A stretch of 64,000 bases of DNA from Amoeboaphelidium occidentale (Eukaryota), in assembly GCA_023515795.1 (NCBI GenBank), contig JALGPX010000063.1, forward strand, positions 1 to 64,000. Direction: 5' to 3'. Position numbers and translations under genes: made by a program. Under the pieces are notes generated by a model. That model was not told the DNA's origin and made no database searches. It saw nothing but the letters and a program-made list of their open reading frames with translations. Of the stretch, positions 33,580 to 45,309 are shown piece by piece (positions within the stretch are counted from its first letter, which is position 1; every line of letters starts with the position of its first letter).

Positions 33580-36347
33580 ATGCTGATACCAACGAAACAC
33601 TATATGATACCATTACTCTTAGGATCGTTGCTATTGCCGCAGGGTAATGCAGCTGTTACAAGTAGCACTCGTTCTTTGGCGACCACAAAGTCACAACAGA
33701 CTTCTAGTGATACGACGAGTGGATCTAATGTGTTCTCAGGTGAGGGAGCAGTTATTGGGTTTGTCGTGCTGGGCTTCGGGATATTGGCTACAGTATTGGT
33801 GATCATTCTCGGATATCAATTGTACAAAACGTATTATGATAAGGCTTCCAGAGGTCCCACACAGAATCAACCTGCTGCTCAAAAGGCACGTTCTGCTTCA
33901 AAACTTAAAGCAAGCTCTGGTAATTTACATCGAGCCATGTCAAATGAGCTTAACCCTATTGCGTCTGCGTCATCAAAGACTTTACCCAGGAAGGATGAGG
34001 CATCTGGCGATGAAAGGAAAGGATCAAAGACGCCTGAAAAGTCAAGAAGACATCAAAGAAGAAAATCAGATGTAGAACAAGGTACTGAAAAGAAGGATAC
34101 AACTTCAAATCATGGTAAAGAGTCCAGAAGAACATCTGGCTCGAAAAAAGGAAATAATGATGAGCACAATGGCTCAGCGTCTAATAAGCACGAAAAGAAA
34201 AGTAAATACGAAGACTCTGCAAACGTAGCGGAGACAGATGAAGATCGATCTAGAAGAAAGAAGAAAGAAAAGAAGACACGAGCAAGGCGCAGTTTGTCGT
34301 CGCCCATTAAACCTCAGCGTGGAAGGGGTGAAACTGTGGTTTTAGAACATAAGGATTTTGAAGGTCCAAAGGGTGATCATTCGGGCGGCATTAAGATCGA
34401 TAAGACACTTGTTCTGATTCCAGGGGTCAAGGAAGAAGTTCTTATTGGCCGTCCGAAAACACCAGGCGTTCAAGCGGCCTTGAAACGATCTTCTTCACAA
34501 GTTGTTCACCATTCACCTAGTCAAGCATCTTCTGGAGCACCATTGCTACATAATGGAGCAGTATCTCCTCCTCTCAGTAGGAATAATAGCCAGATGCCAG
34601 GATCTACAAGAGATGTACAAGAGAATTTACGAAGGGCTGATACGGGGCACTCAAGTCAAAATAGCGATAGACAAGGGCTGAGGTCTTCACGAAGTATAGA
34701 AAGAGATCATGTAAATACGCGCCATAATGGTAGTCCTTCAAGTATAACTCCTCATCAGAGCTCATCATTTGGTGGAAAAAGAAGTAAAAGTGGTGATATT
34801 CGATCAAGTCCAAGTTACGAGATTCAGCAAGCAAGCTACGTCAATTATGGACCGGTACCGCCTATCCCGCAAGTATATACACAGCCAGGGGCTTTTAATA
34901 ATGTTGTTCAACCAACACTGAGCGCACTAAAGCCTTATCCCTCAGTTGAATCACATAGAGCTGATGCCGAAATCAGTGGTCACTATCAAACGAGGCCTTC
35001 GCCGTTCGAGTCTGGCTTATCAAGTGCAGAAACTACAAGAAACCCTTACGTGAATAATTATCCGAATAATGCTATACCTGTTAGATCATCGTCGCCTTCG
35101 AGCTCCGCGCATCCAATTGCACCATTTACTACCCTACGAGAAGAAAAGCCAAATGTGTTTTCGCCAGTTCATGGGAGTGCTGCAAGTGCAGAATCTACTA
35201 ATAACGAATTCAGAAGAAAATCAAGTGGTGCAAGGATTCAGTTTAGAAGTTCTGTTCAGAGTGCAGCAGGAAGTAACGCACGGAGACCAACTGTGATAAG
35301 CGCTTGGACCAAAGTCGAAGCGACAATGATAAATGGTCAAAATGCGGTGGCACTCCCTGCATTTTTGAGTATAGATCTCAGCAAGTTTAATGTTGATCAT
35401 GTAATTGCTAAAGGCGGGACTTCTTTTGTTGCGAGCGGTTCGCTTCCGACTCAGGGTCTTCCAGATAGTGTATTATCCAGGGCGGGAGGTGAACAAAAAG
35501 TCGCAGTTAAAGTTATGAGAAGTAATTTTCTGTTTTTCTTGGAGTTAACTTTGTTTAGAGCCAGAAGACGTGAGCGATAGCGATTTCCTTAGTGCCTTCA
35601 GGCAAGAAGTTTCTATTCTTTACGGACTGGAGCAAAATCCGAATATTGTGAAACTCATAGCATATTCAGAAGAACCATTAGCGATAATAACAAAGCTGTA
35701 TCCTTCTGATTTGAAACAAGAATTAGCAAACCAAAACGATGGAAAATGGAATCAAATAGGTATCAAGAAGAAGATTGGGATAGATATTTGCCGCGGAATT
35801 CAAGCGCTACACGATCGTGGAATAATCCATAATGGTGAGATTACTATTTCTGTGTGGCTTTAATGATGTAGATTTGAAAACGGCTAATATCCTCATTGAC
35901 TACGAAAACACTGACAAGTTTAAGCAGAATCCAACAGCGATATTATCAGATTTCGGCCTAGCGGGAATACTCGACTCTTTTGCTGAGCTTAAGGCAAGAG
36001 AAAAGAATCCTCTTGTCGGCATTTCACTTCAGTACGCTGCACCTGAAGTTATAAAAGCGTTCGATTCGCCAGCAATCACTGTTGATGACTTGGGGTCCCC
36101 AGAATCTGATGTTTACTCCTTTGGAATGGTATTTTACGAAATAATTTGTAGAACTCCACCCTTTTCACACGTTGAAAATACTGATGTCTTGAAAAATAAG
36201 ATATTAAAAGGAGAGAGGCCATGGTTTACTGTCGCTGTCAGAGAACAGCTCCCAGAAATGATATCAGTTATCGAGAATTGTTGGAGAAAAGATCCTTCTG
36301 ATAGATACTCTTCATTCACATCAATAATTCGATCTTTGTCCGGTTAA
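33580..36347 (+). CDS. Receptor-like kinase: signal peptide, tiny Ser/Thr ectodomain, TM, long disordered region, TKL-like kinase
   Basis: VAVK, HN|DLKTAN, DFGL, YAAPE, SDVYSFG; introns 35522-35558 and 35835-35871. Confidence 0.8.
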
Positions 36348-36411
36348 TAGGGATTTCTTAGCCAACAGTCACGAAATAGAGCATATTGATATTTTTATTG
36401 ATTTTCGATTT

Positions 36412-37068
36412 TTAGATTAAATTAAGTAGCATAACTGCAATTAGAAATGCCAAAGTAGAAACTGAGGGAAGATTAAGAGCTGCCTTACTGACAACTGGAG
36501 GAGGTTGAGTGGTGTTTCCATTGTTTGTGCCTTCATCAACGTTATTGTTTGTGCCATCATCATTGTTGTTGTTATTATTGTTGTTGGTATCATCATCATC
36601 GATTGTAACTCCTTGATCAAACTCAGAACCCTTGAACTTCATTCCAAAGTAACCACTTCTTGAAGTGAAATCAGCAGATCTGAATTCCAACTGATAGTAC
36701 TTGCTAGACTTTAAACCTTTTCCTTTGAAATCTTTTGCTGCATCAACCCACCAGCAGCTGCATTTCTGAGCAATCATAGAGAATGAACCCAAAAGTTTCA
36801 TATCAACTTTGAATTTATCGTTGACTAGAACAACATCAACTAGCGGACCCTCCTCTGCCAACTTCTTGTATTTTAACTGTGCACCATTAGGGATCTTATC
36901 ATCATAAAGAATAGTAATGCCACCAAATGGGGTCTCTGTGGTTTCAGCAAAATTATTTCCAACTTTTAACCATTGAATAGGAGCATCATCCTTGTTTGTA
37001 GCAACACTCGTGCTAACATTAGCAGAAACAGCAGATAAAGCCAAAGCGAAGATAGAAGCCAAGATCAT
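36412..37068 (-). CDS. Secreted, probably GPI-anchored surface protein
   Basis: Signal MILASIFALALSAVSA; Asn/Asp-rich linker; hydrophobic C-terminal tail. Confidence 0.7.
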   Translation of the reverse strand: MILASIFALALSAVSANVSTSVATNKDDAPIQWLKVGNNFAETTETPFGGITILYDDKIPNGAQLKYKKLAEEGPLVDVVLVNDKFKVDMKLLGSFSMIAQKCSCWWVDAAKDFKGKGLKSSKYYQLEFRSADFTSRSGYFGMKFKGSEFDQGVTIDDDDTNNNNNNNNDDGTNNNVDEGTNNGNTTQPPPVVSKAALNLPSVSTLAFLIAVMLLNLI

Positions 37069-37328
37069 CTTGATATTGAATAAGAAATAGAAATTGGGGC
37101 GCTCCTTATATATCCCAAACCTTGCGCATATTTTGGCATCACAAGCAGCATGACTGCCAATCATATCGTGTTGCTATGCCAATTAGTTACACCTATTCTT
37201 AAACTGTGATACTAAACGCCGTGCATAGCGTCAGTGATCTGAAAATGGCATAGTTTGTACCACACTGACGTAGCCAGAAGCATCAAACTCAATCTCATCG
37301 TCAATTTTTCTTTTTTCAAAGGTCGAGC

Positions 37329-38029
37329 ATGACATCCACTGTACCAACAACAGAAGAACCAACCAAGGAGAAGGAAACCGTCGCAAAAGAAGAAACCGCA
37401 GAAGCTGCAGGGGTGAGTCGACCTATTCCATTTGTTAATTAACTTCCATAGGAGGACGAGGCCGTCGAAGAAAGCGTCGATGTCCACTTTGAGCCTGTGA
37501 TTAAGTTGGAAAAGGAAGTGGAAGTCAAGACACACGAAGAAGAAGAAGCTGTCGTATTTAAAATGTAACTAACTTAGCTCACATGTTTCTTATTTGTAGG
37601 AGAGCCAAAATGTTCAGAAGAGTTGATGATGAATGGAAGGAGCGTGGTACCGGTGATGTGCGCTTTCTGCAGCACTTGAAGTCAAAGAAGGTCCGATTAG
37701 TTATGCGCCGAGACCAGACACACAAAGTCTGCGCTAATCATTATTTGACCTCTGAAATCGTATTAACGCCAAATGTCGGTTCTGATCGTTCGTGGGTTTA
37801 CAAATGCTCAGCAGAATTCTCTGAAGGCGAAGCACGGGAAGAAACTTTGGCCATCAGATTCGCAAACTCTGAGAACGCTCAGAAGTTCAAGGCCAAGTTC
37901 GAAGAAGGACAGGGAATTAATAAGGAAGTTTCAGAGGGAAAAGAAGGCAAATTGATGGAAGCACTTGTAACAGCTGATGGTAAAAAGGAAGATACCAAAG
38001 AAGGTTCCTCTTCCTCTGAAGCCAAATAA
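37329..38029 (+). CDS. YRB1: Ran-binding protein 1
   Basis: [30 protein letters not shown]; introns 37413-37451 and 37565-37599. Confidence 0.9.
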
Positions 38030-38086
38030 GTGGTAATAAAATGAGCATCTTTTGATTTTGTAATAATTCTACTAAGAAGAATCTTG

Positions 38087-39223
38087 ATGAAACTTATATC
38101 TAAAAACATTGACAAGAATGCTAACGGAGTAGTGAAGTTATGCCCAGAGGATTCGGAAGACATGTGGCACATTTATAATTTGCTAAGACATGGCGATAAT
38201 ATCAAGGCTACTACAGTTAGGCGAATACAATCGGAATCAGCTACAGGTTCAGTGGATTCGCATCGTGTTAAGTTGACGCTTACGGTCGCAGTTGAGGATG
38301 TTTTCTTTGATACTCAGGCTGGCGCATTGAGAATTAATGGAAGAGTAACGGAAGAGAATCAGCATGTTAAGATGGGAAGTTATCACACGATAGATTTAGA
38401 AGAGAACAGGAATGTACAAATTATTAAACAGGAATGGGATTCTCTTGATTTGAGTCGACTTAGGGATGCATGCGATGTTGCAAAAAAGGCTGAAGTTGCT
38501 GCTGTGGTAATGGAAGAAGGATTATCAAATGTTTGCTTGTTAACGGAGAATATGACGATTGTTCGCCAGAGAATTGAAGTGAATATTCCAAAGAAGCGTA
38601 AAGGATCCACCAATAGCACCGATAAAGCAATGGAGAAGTTCTATGATCAGACTTATCAGGCTCTTCTGAAGAATGTTGACTTTGGTGTTGTTAAGGTTAT
38701 GTTGATTGCGTCGCCTGGTTTCTACAAGGAAAAGTTTCTAGAGTTTATACTAAGAGAGGCGCAGAAGAATGAGAATAAGATGATACTTTCTAATCGGGAT
38801 AAGTTCCTGTTGGTTAATTGCTCATCTGGTCACAAGGCATCGTTAGATGAGGCATTAAAGGATGAGAGAGTACAGAAGCGATTATCTGAAACAAAGTACG
38901 CACAAGAGATAAGAGCTTTGGAAGAATTCTTTAGTGTTCTGAACGATAATCCTGATAAGGCGTTTTATGGTTTGAAACATGTTCAGAAAGCTAATGAGCT
39001 CGGTGCTATCAAAACTCTTCTTTTGACTGATAAGTTATTCAAGTCTATTGATGTTCCTACAAGAAAAAAGTATATTGAAATTGTTGAAACAGTGAAGCAA
39101 TTGGGTGGAAATGTATTTATATTCTCCAGCCTTCATGTCTCTGGAGAACAACTTGATCAATTCACAGGTTGCGCGGCTGTTCTGAAGTTTCCGTGTCCTC
39201 AAATCGAAGACGAAATAGACTGA
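38087..39223 (+). CDS. DOM34: Pelota/Dom34 ribosome rescue factor
   Basis: EDMWHIYNL, SYHTIDLE, IASPGF, FSSLHVSGEQL. Confidence 0.95.
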   Translation: MKLISKNIDKNANGVVKLCPEDSEDMWHIYNLLRHGDNIKATTVRRIQSESATGSVDSHRVKLTLTVAVEDVFFDTQAGALRINGRVTEENQHVKMGSYHTIDLEENRNVQIIKQEWDSLDLSRLRDACDVAKKAEVAAVVMEEGLSNVCLLTENMTIVRQRIEVNIPKKRKGSTNSTDKAMEKFYDQTYQALLKNVDFGVVKVMLIASPGFYKEKFLEFILREAQKNENKMILSNRDKFLLVNCSSGHKASLDEALKDERVQKRLSETKYAQEIRALEEFFSVLNDNPDKAFYGLKHVQKANELGAIKTLLLTDKLFKSIDVPTRKKYIEIVETVKQLGGNVFIFSSLHVSGEQLDQFTGCAAVLKFPCPQIEDEID

Positions 39224-39568
39224 CAAGCTGAATAGAAAGTATAATGTTTGATCATAAAAGTTGGGTTTTCATGTCGTACTTCATAAACATTTTTATGACG
39301 ATCTCAAACACGCTTTTCAACAATAACTTGGCCGCACTAATAAACACCAATGCACAATTGCATGCAATTTCCCTAATGCCAAGACATTTTGACACGTTTC
39401 AAGCTTGCGACGCTAACTGAAATCGAATCAGGGCGCGGTAAATTATTGTGAAACGAAGTGTCGATCACCATGATTCTAATTGGTGCAACCATGTCAAATT
39501 AGGTTTGACACGCCACATGTTTCAGATTTTTTTAGATTTCCTAACCATCAATATCAATTTACCTCGTA

Positions 39569-40213
39569 ATGAGACTCAGTTTATTATTAAACAACGAAGC
39601 CGACTATATTGAAAACAATCATGAAACAAGGAGCGCAATTGAAACATCTGCATGTTCGTCACCTCTGAGCATACTAGCTAATGTAGCTATGCCTAAGGGA
39701 CTTCAGCAGGATAATGGTGAATCAGAAGGATTGTTACCTATTCCAAACTCCAAACAGGTGTCTATCGGTAATGAAACATCAGAAACACGACAAGTCTCAA
39801 AAGAACAACAAGATCCAGTCAAGCTTCCGTCGTTTCAAGCACTCACATCTTTTCGGCCAAGATTATATTGTGGTACAAAGCGTGGCTTGTCAGATATAGA
39901 AGAACATGAAAAAGGAATTCGAAACTCACTCTCAGCTTCATCTTCTCGATCAGCTTCTGCAGATTCAAGAGTTTCTTCATCTATTCAACGAAAACCTGAT
40001 GTCACAAACGACAACAATAAGTTCAAATGTCCACACATAAACTGTCCAGCATCATTCAAGAACGAAAGCCATTTGAAAAGGCATTACTTGAAACACACTG
40101 GATACAAACCACATGCTTGCCCTTATGTTGGCTGCATCAAACGATGCTCTAGAAGGGACAATTTAATCCAGCATATTCGAAATGTTCACCAAAAACATCG
40201 AGGTAGTCATTGA
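39569..40213 (+). CDS. Two-C2H2 zinc-finger transcription factor (Nrg1-like)
   Basis: C..C...HLKRH...HTG.KP..CP..GC...SRRDN..QH. Confidence 0.75.
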   Translation: MRLSLLLNNEADYIENNHETRSAIETSACSSPLSILANVAMPKGLQQDNGESEGLLPIPNSKQVSIGNETSETRQVSKEQQDPVKLPSFQALTSFRPRLYCGTKRGLSDIEEHEKGIRNSLSASSSRSASADSRVSSSIQRKPDVTNDNNKFKCPHINCPASFKNESHLKRHYLKHTGYKPHACPYVGCIKRCSRRDNLIQHIRNVHQKHRGSH

Positions 40214-40239
40214 TAATATAAGAAAAATATTAGAACCAA

Positions 40240-41818
40240 TTATTCTTCAGTACTAGAAAGCTCCGCTGCTCTTGAAATGAAATTTTGTAGAATATTCTTT
40301 CCTTTTGTTAAATTCCTATACCTTATCCTTTCGTTAGGCAAATGTGCATTATCAGATGCTTGTCCAAGTGGAATATGAACAACAGGAGCTTGAAAGTACT
40401 TTTCCAGAAATGACACTACAGGATTTGATCCTCCTTCCCTAACAAACCAAGGCTCTGTTCCCCATTCATCCTTGACAACATTAGCAGCTAATTTGTAGTA
40501 CTTGTCATTCAGATCAGCTAGCCACCAGTCTGAAGCATGTGTCTGTTCAATAGTCAATTCATTAGTGGTATTCATTTTGCGGTAACATTCTAGGAGATGC
40601 GATTTGAAACAATCAAATACATGTTCAACTGTTTGATCAGGCACAATTCTCATACTTACAACAGCAGTACATTCTCTGGAAATCACACCAGAAGCAGGAT
40701 TACTACCGGTAATGGAGTGAATAGTCAGTGTCGGCCGAGCCCATCTTGAAATCAGTTTATCAGCATCAAAATTCAATTGGGTTGCCAACTTCACAATGTA
40801 ATCCTTTTCTTTTTGACTTACTGGTCTCACTTGTGAATCGAATCCAGGAATTCCAACAGAACTCGAATTCACAATTTGTCCCATTAAGTTTACCATCTGT
40901 TTCAGTGGTTCATCAACACCTCCACCAAAAACACCAGAATGTACATCAGATTTCAAGGAATTACTTGTGATTCTCAAACGACAATGCACAACTCCCCGCA
41001 TACCATACGTCAAAGTCGGACTCTGATCAGTTATCCAATAAGAATTACTCAACAAAATCAAATCAACTTTACCAATTTCTTCCCGATACTTGTTTACACA
41101 TTCAATGAACCCTAAAGAACCTGATTCTTCTTCGCCTTCAACCAGAAATTTAACATTACACTGCAACTTCTTGTTATGATTTTCAAAACAAGTATTAGTT
41201 GTTGTATCATGCAATTCACTGACTGCATACAAGGCTGCCAATACTGGACCCTTATTATCAGACACACCCCTTCCATAATAATAACCATCTTCACCAACCA
41301 TCTTAAAAGGAGAATATTTCCAAAATCTTGCATTAACATCCTGAACATCATAGTGTCCATAAAACAAAATATTCAACGGAGGAGCAGTTTTAGTAGAAGT
41401 AGATTCAAAGGATGCATACACTATTGGATTCCGATCTTCTGCTCCTGCAAACATTTCAGTTATTGCACCAACTTCAGTAAAGAGATTCTTTAAATACTTT
41501 GCTGCCTTTCTACAACTTTCTCTATGCTGAGCAGAATTACTTATAGACGGAAAAGAAACAAATTCTTCCAAACTTTTGAGCAACGGTTCCACAACAACGT
41601 AATCTTCTTCGCCGCCTTCTCCTTCCTCTTCAACTAATGCATTAACAGAACCATAAGACTTTAAAAACAGCCTATTATTCAGTGAAGCAGTCGTAGTCCT
41701 TGTATGAGTTCTTGTCCTCAATGCATTAGGTACATGCCATAGTTTAATACTACAATCACTAGCCCCACTAACCAAATAATCCCCACAATGCTTCAACACC
41801 ATAACTGCTACATTGTCA

Positions 41819-41853
<35 letters not shown>

Positions 41854-43557
41854 TGGATGATGATGATGATGATGATCATTCATTACTTGCACACACTCAA
41901 AGTGCCTATTCCATGCACGAATTGTCCCATCAGCAGAAGCAGAAAATACCAACTGTTCCATACCACACAACGACAGAACATCATCTGTATGCCCCATCAG
42001 AGTCCTGATACACTGAAACATTTCCAAATCATAAACTTTAATTTCCCCACCCTGACAAGCACAATACAATAAACCATCCTTAACAAGTAAACCAAGAATA
42101 CTTCCACCAGAAGAACCAGAAGAAGATGACGTCACATCTAATTGCTTCACCAAAACAGGTCTATAACAATTTCCATCAGAATCAAAAGACCAAATCTTTA
42201 CTGTACCATCCCCACTCCCACTAAACAAACACAATCCTCCATCTCTGGACAAATACCCACTCGTTAAACAATAAATGAATCCATAGTGACAATTCCTAAT
42301 AACACAATCATTCATTACACAATAGGAAGATTCTACTTCTTCCTGTTCCTGTTCCTTTAATTCAAAGAAACGACTCTTTTCCTTTCGCTTTATAATTTCC
42401 TGTTTCATTTTGTCTTTACATAATTCTCCCTTTCTTGATAAATTAAACCACTGAAGATTTGTACTTTTACTTCCAATAAAAAGAATCAAATCTTTTGTTG
42501 TTGTTGTTGTAGAAGAAGAAGATGAAGAAGAGAAATGTTCCATTAAATTTAGAGATAAAACATTTCCTGAATTTGATTGTAAATGAATTGAATATGAAAA
42601 CACAACAACAACAACAACTTCTTCTTCTTCTGATGAATCTTCTTCTGATGATGAATCTTCTTTAAGAGAAAAAGAAATTTCAAAACAATTTACAATTCCT
42701 CCTTCCAATCCAGCAAACAACAACAATTTTAATTCATCATTATCATTATCATTATCATTAGAAGTAGATGATGAGTCATCACTTTCATAAACAATCAACG
42801 ACAATATTGCGCCACCATTTCTTCCTTTTCCATTAATACTCTTTAACAATTCAAAAGTCTTTTTATTCCAAATGTGAATATTTCCATTCTGAGTTCCTCC
42901 AAATAATAATTCCTTCTTTTCAAAAGAGGANCTTCTTCTGATGAATCTTCTTTAAGAGAAAAAGAAATTTCAAAACAATTTACAATTCCTCCTTCCAATC
43001 CAGCAAACAACAACAATTTTAATTCATTATCATCATTATCATTATCATTATCATTATCATTATCATTAGAAGAAGATGATGAGTCATCACTTTCATAAAC
43101 AATCAACGACAATATTGCGCCACCATTTCTTCCTTTTCCATTAATACTCTTTAACAATTCAAAAGTCTTNTGATGAATCTTCTTTAAGAGAAAAAGAAAT
43201 TTCAAAACAATTTACAATTCCTCCTTCCAATCCAGCAAACAACAACAATTTTAATTCATCATTATCATTATCATTATCATTAGAAGTAGATGATGAGTCA
43301 TCACTTTCATAAACAATCAACGACAATATTGCGCCACCATTTCTTCCTTTTCCATTAATACTCTTTAACAATTCAAAAGTCTTTTTATTCCAAATGTGAA
43401 TATTTCCATTCTGAGTTCCTCCAAATAATAATTCCTTCTTTTCAAAAGAGGATAAACTTAAAACTGTTGATTTTGGATTTGTTAGTGTGTGAGTGCAGAA
43501 GCAGTTTAATGGAGGGACGATTGAAGCAGAAGCAGCAACAGAAGGGCTTTTTATCAT
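40240..43557 (-). CDS. DUG2: Dug2-like WD40 + M20 peptidase protein; 5' part triplicated by assembly
   Basis: WD40 repeats then FYGHYDV, GRGVSDNKGP, EGEEESGS, REGGS, DNAHLPNER; likely start MIKSPS at 43557. Confidence 0.8.
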
Positions 43558-44070
43558 ATTGATTTTAATAAGAGATTTGCTTTTTGAATTGTTGTTGAAG
43601 AAAAAAAAAGTAGTTGTTGTTGTTGTTGTTGTTTTAGTTGTTGTTGCAATCATGATTGGGATTGCGCACTTGATTCAAGCCTCTTTAATTATTTTATAAT
43701 TTACCACCCCTCCCGAAACATCAACTGAATCGTATACAGTTTTATATCTGCATCAAAGTATGTCCAGAATCTATCTTCTTGTCTCTTGTCTATTTCTGAT
43801 NACAGAAGGGCTTTTTATCATATTGATTTTAATAAGAGATTTGCTTTTTGAATTGTTGTTGAAGAAAAAAAGTAGTTGTTGTTGTTGTTGTTGTTGTTGT
43901 TTTAGTTGTTGTTGCAATCATGATTGGGATTGCGCGCTTGATTCAAGCCTCTTTAATTATTTTATAATTTACCACCCCTCCCGAAACATCAGCTGAATCG
44001 TATACAGTTTTATATCTGCATCAAAGTATGTCCAGAATCTATCTTCTTGTCTCTTGTCTATTTCTGATGA
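42640..44070. repeat. Multiple N-junction duplications with differing microsatellite lengths (haplotype collapse failure)
   Basis: Segments repeated 2-3 times around Ns at 42931, 43170 and 43801; (TCATTA)n and (GTT)n lengths differ between copies. Confidence 0.75.
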
Positions 44071-44646
44071 TTGGATCTTGATTGCAATTGTTTCATATGG
44101 TTCTGCTGCTACTAGTAAATATTGGTAATTCTTGTCTGGTGTTTCTATGCGTTGTTCATATGCGCTCATGAATCTTACCAAGGGTTTCTGTCCTTCTGCG
44201 ATTTGTGGGTAATGGATTTGTACTAATAAACCTAATTGGTTCAGTATAGGATCTTTAATCTTGATGATTTTGAATCCAGGTCTGCCAATTTTTACAAATG
44301 ATTTCAATTGGGTTGTCGTTGTTGTTGTTGTTGTTGTTGCTGTTATAGATGAGGAAGGACCGTGCTGTTGGTGCTGTTGATCCCTTGCTGCTCTTCGCTT
44401 CAAATTGTCCTGATGCTTCTTTCCCTGTGTATGCGATAGATATGATCCTTCATTGGAGTGTAGCGTAAGGCATAGTTTACACTCATACGATCCCAAATGG
44501 TTCTTCATAAAGTACGGATCCTTTGCTAAATCAATGACTTCCAGTGCCAATAGTCGCTGTCTCTCTCTGCGGCTGATTTCCTGGTCCTGAAAGGAAGCAA
44601 CACCTCCGGAGCCGGGTTTAGATCCTTCTCTATTCTGAAAGTCCAT
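43969..44646 (-). CDS. SF3A2: Splicing factor 3A subunit 2 (Prp11/SAP62)
   Basis: MDFQNR, DPYFMKNHLGSYECKLCLTLH, RFMSAYEQ, AAEPYETI. Confidence 0.95.
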   Translation of the reverse strand: MDFQNREGSKPGSGGVASFQDQEISRRERQRLLALEVIDLAKDPYFMKNHLGSYECKLCLTLHSNEGSYLSHTQGKKHQDNLKRRAARDQQHQQHGPSSSITATTTTTTTTTQLKSFVKIGRPGFKIIKIKDPILNQLGLLVQIHYPQIAEGQKPLVRFMSAYEQRIETPDKNYQYLLVAAEPYETIAIKIQSSEIDKRQEDRFWTYFDADIKLYTIQLMFREGW

Positions 44647-44685
44647 TTCTTTATTTCGAGTTGAAAAAGAAAAGATTGAGTGGTG

Positions 44686-45041
44686 ATGCAAAAGTCAAAT
44701 CTGCAGAGACAAGTTTTGCAGTTTTACAGGGAATGCTTAAAGCAGATACAACAGGGAAAGCAAAAAGTAACAATTATTATTATCTGCGTCTAGGGATTGC
44801 TGATTATTTTTTAAAGGAGTATCAGGGAAATTGGTATGCTTTTGTTAGGGATCAGTTTGAAAGGAATCGACATATATCACGTGTTAATATTACAGAAATA
44901 GAGTACATGTTACGCTTAGGAAGGAAGTCGTTTGATCAGATGAAATCAGATTCATGCAAGAATGTTAGGCCAAAGAGGCAGCTAACAGGAATATGGAAAT
45001 CGCACATGGAACGGCAGGGGAATGCTGCTAAGAAGATTTAG
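44686..45041 (+). CDS. SDHAF1: LYR-motif succinate dehydrogenase assembly factor 1 (Sdh6)-like; 2 exons
   Basis: Exon 1 MQKSNLQRQVLQFYRECLK; intron 44767-44816; exon 2 FVRDQFERN...IEYMLRLGRK. Confidence 0.7.
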
Positions 45042-45309
45042 TTGATTTTTCTAATAAATTCAAAGATAAAGTTTTCCTATCTCGCTCGCTCGGTCTTGTG
45101 CTTGTTGGTTGGTTTGACAAGATTCCCAGCTTGCGATTGTTTCAAGATCCTTTTGGGAACCTTTTCGCAACAACTTCAGAAGAAGCACTCTTTCATACAC
45201 ACACACACACAACTATATCCGTTGTCGCCTTGCAAAAGAGATCTATCGTTTCGTTAAAGTTGAACAAGAACCGGAATCCCATAGTCTATTTACAGAGATC
45301 TTTCCAAAG

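Noticed and set aside
42843..43653. Separate small WD40 genes upstream of Dug2
   Set aside because: Duplicated pieces of the Dug2 5' end generated at N junctions
44661..44816. N-terminus of the 126-aa ORF as listed
   Set aside because: The LYR-motif exon is in a different frame (ATG 44686) and joins through a 50-nt intron
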